A DNA stretch of 64,000 bases, from the NCBI GenBank assembly GCA_040285825.1, contig JAUPSS010000007.1, positions 1,140,501 to 1,204,500 on the forward strand. The letters run 5' to 3'. Each line of letters opens with the position of its first letter. Positions within the stretch are counted from its first letter, which is position 1. The position numbers and the translations under genes are program-made. The notes under the pieces were generated by a model, which saw only the letters and a list, made by a program, of their open reading frames with translations, did not search any database and was not told the DNA's origin. This stretch comes from Eukaryota sp. TZLM1-RC (lineage: Eukaryota > Protista > Metamonada: BaSk clade). This document shows positions 57,869-64,000 of this stretch, one piece after another.

Positions 57869-59130
57869 TTTTCTCCCTCCCTAGGTCAACCCTCTTATAT
57901 TTCACTTTCTGTCACGGCGTCAAAGTCGTACTGTTTTCTGTCAAAACGATGCCATTGGCTGATAGTGACTCTGATACTGATTGGAACGCCCAAGTAAAGA
58001 TTCTACCCGTCAGAAGGCAAGAATTTTATTTATGAATTTTCTCGTAGATTTCCTGATAATTCCCATCTGTTAGTTCCCAGTTGCAGTCCATATTTGAATG
58101 AGTTATCTTTGGAACATGATAGGTTACCACCACAAATTTGCACCAAATGTTTTCCCCAATCAATTCAAGAAATTCCAAACCGATCTCTTTTTAATTTGCA
58201 GTTTTGCTGTAAAAAGCTTCAACAAAAATTGTCAAAGATTTTTGAAAGCTTGGATTTTGGTGTTAGAATTGGCTTGGCCAAGAAAAAGAATCCCGGTTTT
58301 GCAAAACTTTTACAAGATAAGTGTGATAGTACTTCTTCTGCCTTAGTAACAACAATTCCTCAAGTGTATGGTACTCTCTTAACTGATTCTGCTTGGACTT
58401 TGAATATGAGATTTCGTCGATTTATCTGGCCTGTTAATTTACCTCATAATTTAATTTGTATATGTTCTCGAAAAATTACAATTACTCATTTGTTAAATTG
58501 TAAACATTTTATTACTTTTAGAAGCAAGGTTCACGATGCTGTAAGAGCCCAATTATATTGTATGTGTAAGTCTCATAGAATTGAATCCTTTTTGGAGCCT
58601 CTGTTGTCAAGTCTGTTTGATACTGAAGATGATTTTCATAAGAATAATAGAGGTGATGTCATATTACCTGGATTAGATGGAACCTTCATTTTATTGGATG
58701 TAATGTCTGTTCATCCTTGTTATGCCTCAAATGAAAGGCTTGTTAATTCTGAAATTCATAATCCTCTTTCAAATGCTGAAAATTTCAAAATCAAAAAATA
58801 AAATGAACCTTTGTCCAAATTGGCCAGTCAACAGCATGCAAAATACAATTTGGATCCATTTGTATTTTCTCTTTTTGGTTCACTTGCACCAACGGCTTTA
58901 CGTTTTTTGGAAGATTTTGAAATGATTGTAAAGAAAAGAACTATCAGAAATTTCAACAGATTGTTTTGGCAAAATAGAATTATGTTTTCTAATTTTTAGA
59001 GGATGTTGAAGATGGTTTCTGATGCTTTGCTTTCTCTTGGATCTCACTATGAGAGAGTTGCAGCTAGTGTTTTTGTTTTGGGAGAGATGGATTATTTAGA
59101 TGTTGATTTAAAGGTTTTTAATAAAAAAAA
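57869..59130 (+). mobile_element. Internally deleted family A element retaining both ends
   Basis: 5'UTR plus MPLADSDSDTDWN (ATG 57949) joined at ~58012-58016 to the post-RT region; ends in an A tail. Confidence 0.82.
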
Positions 59131-59409
59131 TTGTAGTAATATTGTGGCAATTTCGAGATTTAATTCTGTTGAAGAGAATAAAAGCTTGTGAAACATTATT
59201 TAATGCACAAGCTTCTCTGATTCGATTGAATAGCCGATGCAATCTATTAAAAACGGCAATTTAAGTTCGAGAGCGCGGCGTCATAAAATTGTTCAAATCT
59301 TTGCATTTTTTCCTGAGCCATTTGTGGAAAATGATTCACAAAAATTCCTACTTCCTAACCTATATTACCAGTATTGGAGCAGCCACGATGATCCGATAGC
59401 TGTCTAGGG

Positions 59410-61881
59410 GTGTTCCACTGTGTCATCCCAAACACCACGGAACTCTCCTCCCCAAGTGACCAAGAATTACCACACTTCCCCGATCGATCGGAAAGAATGG
59501 TTTGGGTTAAGTCCATTTCCTGTAGTAAATTTGACTCACTGCTTCTCACCTATTCTGGTGAAGTTTATTCTTGGAAGAGGTGTTGTGATGGTCAAGTTCT
59601 TCCTTATGGACCTGTAATAATCAAACCACCAGTGAAACTTCCAATCAACAACATAATTTCCATTTCAGCTGGCTTGAACCATTGCTTTGCCCTTTCTTCT
59701 GATGGCTTGTTGTATGGTTGGGGTTGGGGTAATCATGAAGTAAATATGCCATCAAAAATTACTCTTATGGACTCCCCTTATTTTTTCAAGGAAATTTGCA
59801 GTAGTAAAAATAGTTCAAAATCATATGGATTGACTGCAGAAGGAAAAGTTATTCAATTTTGTAATGGTACTTTTAAGCAAATACAAGGGCTCAACATGCA
59901 CAGTATTATTTTTATTTCTGCTTCTCTGGACTCAATCGTAGCAGTTGACTTAGATGCCAACTTCTTCTTTCTTACAAATAATGGTCCTGATTGTACTCAG
60001 AACATTTCATTTGTTGAGATTCCAGTTGGCAAGTACATTTTGCCAACCAAACCATCATGGAGTTGTTTTTTGTTTGATGACATTTCTTTGTTCGTCATTG
60101 ACTCTAATGGTGATGTTTGGAGGTTTGACAAGAGCGATGATGATTTTTTTAATAACAAACCCACCAAAGTTTTAGGATTGAGCAATATTGTTTCTATTAA
60201 TGGTTATGATGATATTTATGCTGCCATTGATATTGATGGTAAAGTTTTTGTTTGGGGTAGGTTGAGTAGAATAAGTGATCTTTATGAAGATATCGTAGTA
60301 CCATTATGCATTGAAGCTTTTACTAGTGTAAAAGGTGTTTCCTTAGGACGTGACTTCCTTTTTGCCTACAACAAAAACACTGTTTGGGCTTGGGGAAGGA
60401 ACGATATTGGTCAATTAGGTATAGGTGATTTGAAAGATCGACCACAACCTGTTAAATTATCATGTGGGTCTGAAATACTTGGATCCGTTGATTATCCAAA
60501 ACAAACCATGGACAGAATGTTTAGTGGTCTCATCAAATTAATTTACTTTGAATATTTACAATATTTGAAAAGCTTGTTTGGTAACCACCCTTATACAAAA
60601 GCCAGATACTATACCAAATGTTCAATAAGCAAGAAAGTGGCTAAATTTGCTAAAGAAGTGATTAATGGTTTTGATTTTTTGAAAAATCCACAACATTTAA
60701 ATCTCAATGATTATATTTGGGATTTACAAATGCATTTATCTTTTGCTTTCCATGGTTACAGTGTTATTAATACTAGAATTAAAAAACTTGATATTTACTA
60801 TGATACAGTTGATTGTGATCCACAATTATTGTCATTTTTGTCATTTTTCCCAACTGTTGAGGTTGTTAAGCTTGGTAGAGAGCCAAGATATTATAGAAGG
60901 TTATCCTTAAACCTGGCACATTTATCAAATCTCAAATGTCTGGAGCTTAATTGCTCATTTAATATAGAACAATTACCCACTTCACTAGTGAAGTTGGTGC
61001 TTAAAGATTGCATTGAGGTTACTGATTTAAGCTATCTTACATCATTGAAAGAGCTGGTGTTATTTGAGGTTGTTAAGCTTGGTGGAGAGCCAAGATATAA
61101 TAGAAGGTCATTCTTAAATTTACCCCCTTCACTAGTGAAGTTGGTGCTTAAAGATCGCAATGAGGTTACTGATTTAAGCTATCTTACATCATTAAAAGAG
61201 CTGGTGTTATTTGGTGGTTCTTTTATTTCACAAAGAATATTAGAAGCACAAATTCCTTTGCCTCTATCCATTGCTAGATTGGAAGTTTGGTTGGACCATC
61301 CTGTCATAGAACAATTACCCACTTCACTAGTGAAGTTGGTGCTTAAAGATTGCATTGAGGTTACTGATTTAAGCTATCTTACATCATTGAAAGAGCTGGT
61401 GTTATTTGAGGTTGTTAAGCTTGGTGGAGAGCCAAGATATAATAGAAGGTCATTCTTAAATTTACCCCCTTCACTAGTGAAGTTGGTGCTTAAAGATCGC
61501 AATGAGGTTACTGATTTAAGCTATCTTACATCATTAAAAGAGCTGGTGTTATTTGGTGGTTCTTTTATTTCACAAAGAATATTAGAAGCACAAATTCCTT
61601 TGCCTCTATCCATTGCTAGATTGGAAGTTTGGTTGGACCATCCTGTCAATATTGAAATTGACTTACCAAGCATTAAGGAATTGATAATTCATGAAGCAAT
61701 TCATACCAATATCACTGAACAAAACTTTCCTTCTTTGAAGTTTATTCAATTGCTTGGACCTGAGGACAATCTGTCGAGCTCATCCTTATCTCCATCAAAA
61801 CTTGATAATCAAGGTCTAATTAAATCAACTAAACTAATCAAAAATGAATATTTAGTTGAATTATCTTGTTTTGTAGCTTAG
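59410..61881 (+). CDS. RCC1-like repeat plus LRR-like repeat protein, 3' end cut by a Gypsy LTR; possibly a pseudogene
   Basis: ISAGLNHCFALSSDGLLYGWG, VWAWGRNDIGQLGIG; LPTSLVKLVL..DLSYLTSLKELVL repeats; nearest ATG (59388) is out of frame by 1 nt. Confidence 0.82.
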   Translation: MFHCVIPNTTELSSPSDQELPHFPDRSERMVWVKSISCSKFDSLLLTYSGEVYSWKRCCDGQVLPYGPVIIKPPVKLPINNIISISAGLNHCFALSSDGLLYGWGWGNHEVNMPSKITLMDSPYFFKEICSSKNSSKSYGLTAEGKVIQFCNGTFKQIQGLNMHSIIFISASLDSIVAVDLDANFFFLTNNGPDCTQNISFVEIPVGKYILPTKPSWSCFLFDDISLFVIDSNGDVWRFDKSDDDFFNNKPTKVLGLSNIVSINGYDDIYAAIDIDGKVFVWGRLSRISDLYEDIVVPLCIEAFTSVKGVSLGRDFLFAYNKNTVWAWGRNDIGQLGIGDLKDRPQPVKLSCGSEILGSVDYPKQTMDRMFSGLIKLIYFEYLQYLKSLFGNHPYTKARYYTKCSISKKVAKFAKEVINGFDFLKNPQHLNLNDYIWDLQMHLSFAFHGYSVINTRIKKLDIYYDTVDCDPQLLSFLSFFPTVEVVKLGREPRYYRRLSLNLAHLSNLKCLELNCSFNIEQLPTSLVKLVLKDCIEVTDLSYLTSLKELVLFEVVKLGGEPRYNRRSFLNLPPSLVKLVLKDRNEVTDLSYLTSLKELVLFGGSFISQRILEAQIPLPLSIARLEVWLDHPVIEQLPTSLVKLVLKDCIEVTDLSYLTSLKELVLFEVVKLGGEPRYNRRSFLNLPPSLVKLVLKDRNEVTDLSYLTSLKELVLFGGSFISQRILEAQIPLPLSIARLEVWLDHPVNIEIDLPSIKELIIHEAIHTNITEQNFPSLKFIQLLGPEDNLSSSSLSPSKLDNQGLIKSTKLIKNEYLVELSCFVA
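60964..61647 (+). repeat. Exact in-frame 342-bp (114-aa) tandem duplication
   Basis: 60964-61305 matches 61306-61647. Confidence 0.93.
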
Positions 61882-64000
61882 AGAGATAAACGAATGTTTT
61901 ATTATAACTAACACGAGTACTAAACGAGTGATGACGTGGCAATAACTAACTATTACGATTACACTACCCTTCATTTGAGAGTGAGGTCACCTATCTACCT
62001 TCTTTCTGTGGCGAGTAGGGAGTTTGATTCCATTTTTGTTGGCATAGTCGAGTAAGACGCTGTTGATTCTAAAACCATCACGAAGGTTCTCTAATGGTTG
62101 CCACAAAGTAGGCCCGTTGAGAAATTTCACTAAGAAAGTAAACTGATTATCCTCAATACGATGATCAGTGATATTTTCTACGATGAATTCGGAAGAGTCT
62201 AAGGCAGCAACTGTTCTAGCATTATCGTTGAGTTCGTTTGGTAGAAAAGGTAGAAGTTGATATTGAGAAACGTTGTAAGAGCTGTCGTTAACAATACTTC
62301 CAATCTTGTACCCGTTAGATCCAAGTATCTCAAGTACGACGAAGGGTCCAGTGTGCTTAATAAATTTGTTTTTGTTGTCAGATTTCCTAAGAACCAGGTC
62401 TCCAATCTTAAATAGTGGTTCATGTTTAAGATGAGGTTTGGTGAAACTGTCTTGCTGATTCTCGGCAGATAGCCATAAGCTAGTGAGTGTATTTTCAAGA
62501 TCAAGCAGGAACGTTTTTGCCTTTGTGCGTGAATCTAGTTTGAAATTGGAAATGGGTGAAGATAAGATGTGATCGATGATATTTCGTCGTGGTGATGTAT
62601 TAGCCCCAAACAAGAGTGTAAAGGGAGCAAATCCTGTGGATGAGCACGGAAAAGAGTTGATAATTAGTTGAGTGAAGGGAATTAATTTTGACCAATTTGC
62701 CCTATTGTTGTATTCGGCTGCGAATCTGTTTAAAGTAGATCGGATATCTCTGTTTCGTCTCTCTGCGAGTCCATTAGATTCGTGATGGTGTGGGTAACTG
62801 AAAGTATGTTTTATGTGAAGACTTTTGAGTAGAGCAGCGAAAAGGCGATTGTCAAATTCAGGGCCGTTATCTGTTCTTATCGATTCAGGAAGACCAAACA
62901 TGCAAAAAACAGATGAAATCAAAGCGTTTGCTATAGTCTCTGCCGTAATATTGGGAATGGCTTTCAATATAGAAAATCGTGTGAATGCGTCGGTCATTAC
63001 TAAGATGTATTTGTTCCCATCAGAGTCGTCCTGAAGAGGGCCAATGGAATCGAGATGAAGAGATTGGAAGGGTAAGTGTGAGAACAGTTTGCCTGTTAGA
63101 GGCGGAGAAGAAAAAGACGAATTCGAGAATTTTTGGCAGATACCACAGTTATCGATTATGGATTCAACATTTTCTTTGAAGTGAGATGTGTCGAGCTTCA
63201 GGGATTTGAGTTTTTGCAACATACGGGTTTTGCTGAGATGTGCGTTTTCCTTATGGATTGTACTAAGAAATTCCGTACGGAGGTCAGTGTCGTTGAGTAA
63301 AGTTTGTGTGTCCAGGTGTGGTAAGAGTTCATTAAGTTCAGCATAAAGACACAAGTCGTTGTCCGTAGCCGTCGAGGATTTCAATTGATGAGTGTAAGAG
63401 CGAGACAAAAGGTCGGCCCATAAGTTTGAAGGTCTGTCAACATGGTGCATGGTGAAGTCATAGTCAAATAAGATTGGTTTCCAGCGTTCTATAAGGGGAT
63501 TTGAAGTTGAACTGTTCAATAGAAAAAGTAAATTCCGGTGATCCGCATGAAGTTCGAAGCAACGTCCAAACAGAAATTCGTGATGAGGTTCGTAGCGTAG
63601 TGATTCGATAATGGCAAAGAGTTCTTGCTTGATGGTTGGCCAGTTTTGCTGAGTTTTTGTTAATTTGCGGGAAAAGAAAGAAACAGGTTTCAGAGAACGA
63701 TCCTTCAGGGGTTTGTTAGGTGCATAAGGAGGAAGTTCTACGAATAAAGCAGCACCAATACCTGTAGAGGATGCGTCGGTAGTCATGATCAAGGGGTGAT
63801 GGTCATCAGGTATAGTAAGAGGGATGATCTTTTTTACGTGATTGATAAGTTGATCGAATGCCTCACGATGGGTTTTGCAAGGAGAGTACTTGGAGTTTTT
63901 TCTCAGTAATTCGTCAAGAGGGGCTCGAAGTGAAGCTAAGTTGGGGATAAAATCTCGTAAAAAGTTGATTGAGCCGAGAACGGAACGTAATTCGGTTATA
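61872..64000 (-). mobile_element. Second Ty3/Gypsy element (3' part), running off the window
   Basis: Putative 3' LTR 61872-61963 (TGTA..TACA) preceded on the minus strand by purine-rich GAAGGGTAG; partner LTR outside the window. Confidence 0.9.
61987..64000 (-). CDS. pol: Gypsy pol: end of RT, RNase H, integrase, chromodomain
   Basis: TDAS, H..H/CGIC, LDSIG/TDNG/E, FIVENITDH..FLVKF; frame appears open upstream of 63792. Confidence 0.92.
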   Translation of the reverse strand, partial: ITELRSVLGSINFLRDFIPNLASLRAPLDELLRKNSKYSPCKTHREAFDQLINHVKKIIPLTIPDDHHPLIMTTDASSTGIGAALFVELPPYAPNKPLKDRSLKPVSFFSRKLTKTQQNWPTIKQELFAIIESLRYEPHHEFLFGRCFELHADHRNLLFLLNSSTSNPLIERWKPILFDYDFTMHHVDRPSNLWADLLSRSYTHQLKSSTATDNDLCLYAELNELLPHLDTQTLLNDTDLRTEFLSTIHKENAHLSKTRMLQKLKSLKLDTSHFKENVESIIDNCGICQKFSNSSFSSPPLTGKLFSHLPFQSLHLDSIGPLQDDSDGNKYILVMTDAFTRFSILKAIPNITAETIANALISSVFCMFGLPESIRTDNGPEFDNRLFAALLKSLHIKHTFSYPHHHESNGLAERRNRDIRSTLNRFAAEYNNRANWSKLIPFTQLIINSFPCSSTGFAPFTLLFGANTSPRRNIIDHILSSPISNFKLDSRTKAKTFLLDLENTLTSLWLSAENQQDSFTKPHLKHEPLFKIGDLVLRKSDNKNKFIKHTGPFVVLEILGSNGYKIGSIVNDSSYNVSQYQLLPFLPNELNDNARTVAALDSSEFIVENITDHRIEDNQFTFLVKFLNGPTLWQPLENLRDGFRINSVLLDYANKNGIKLPTRHRKKVDR

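Noticed and set aside
386-63179. Many 60-120 aa antisense or alternate-frame ORFs recurring in several copies
   Set aside because: Shadows of the repeated retroelement sequence, with no independent motifs
1-64000. Stop-codon reassignment, or rRNA/tRNA/spliced-leader target genes
   Set aside because: TAA/TAG terminate homologous ORFs at equivalent positions, long ORFs are open in the standard code, and I recognised no structural RNA gene

Overview
AT-rich microbial-eukaryote DNA (apparently standard genetic code) that is mostly a deeply nested retrotransposon pile-up. Most of the window is fragments of at least five divergent families (my labels A-E) of single-ORF, CRE-like non-LTR retrotransposons: N-terminal zinc fingers, RT with QGDPLGP/YMDD, CxC..HxxxC, restriction-like endonuclease, very short 3'UTR plus poly(A). 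They insert into each other and into a DJ-1/PfpI gene, and I could read twelve 9-14 bp target-site duplications (TSDs). Other contents: (i) a complete chromodomain Ty3/Gypsy element with identical 79-bp LTRs and a TTAC TSD; (ii) a second, different Gypsy with a ~92-bp LTR truncating an RCC1/LRR-like gene; (iii) a 142-bp solo LTR; (iv) a ~780-aa Fanzor1-type (eukaryotic TnpB) gene split by one homopolymer indel, with Asn in place of the third RuvC Asp and hairpins downstream; (v) a TSD-flanked poly(A) retrocopy of an orphan transcript, with its empty site visible; (vi) a 5'-inverted insertion apparently built from two different templates; (vii) tandem arrays of ~1.16 kb and ~3.3 kb. Most ORF breaks lie in homopolymers and may be sequencing errors. 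No database search was possible, so family assignments rest on motif recognition.
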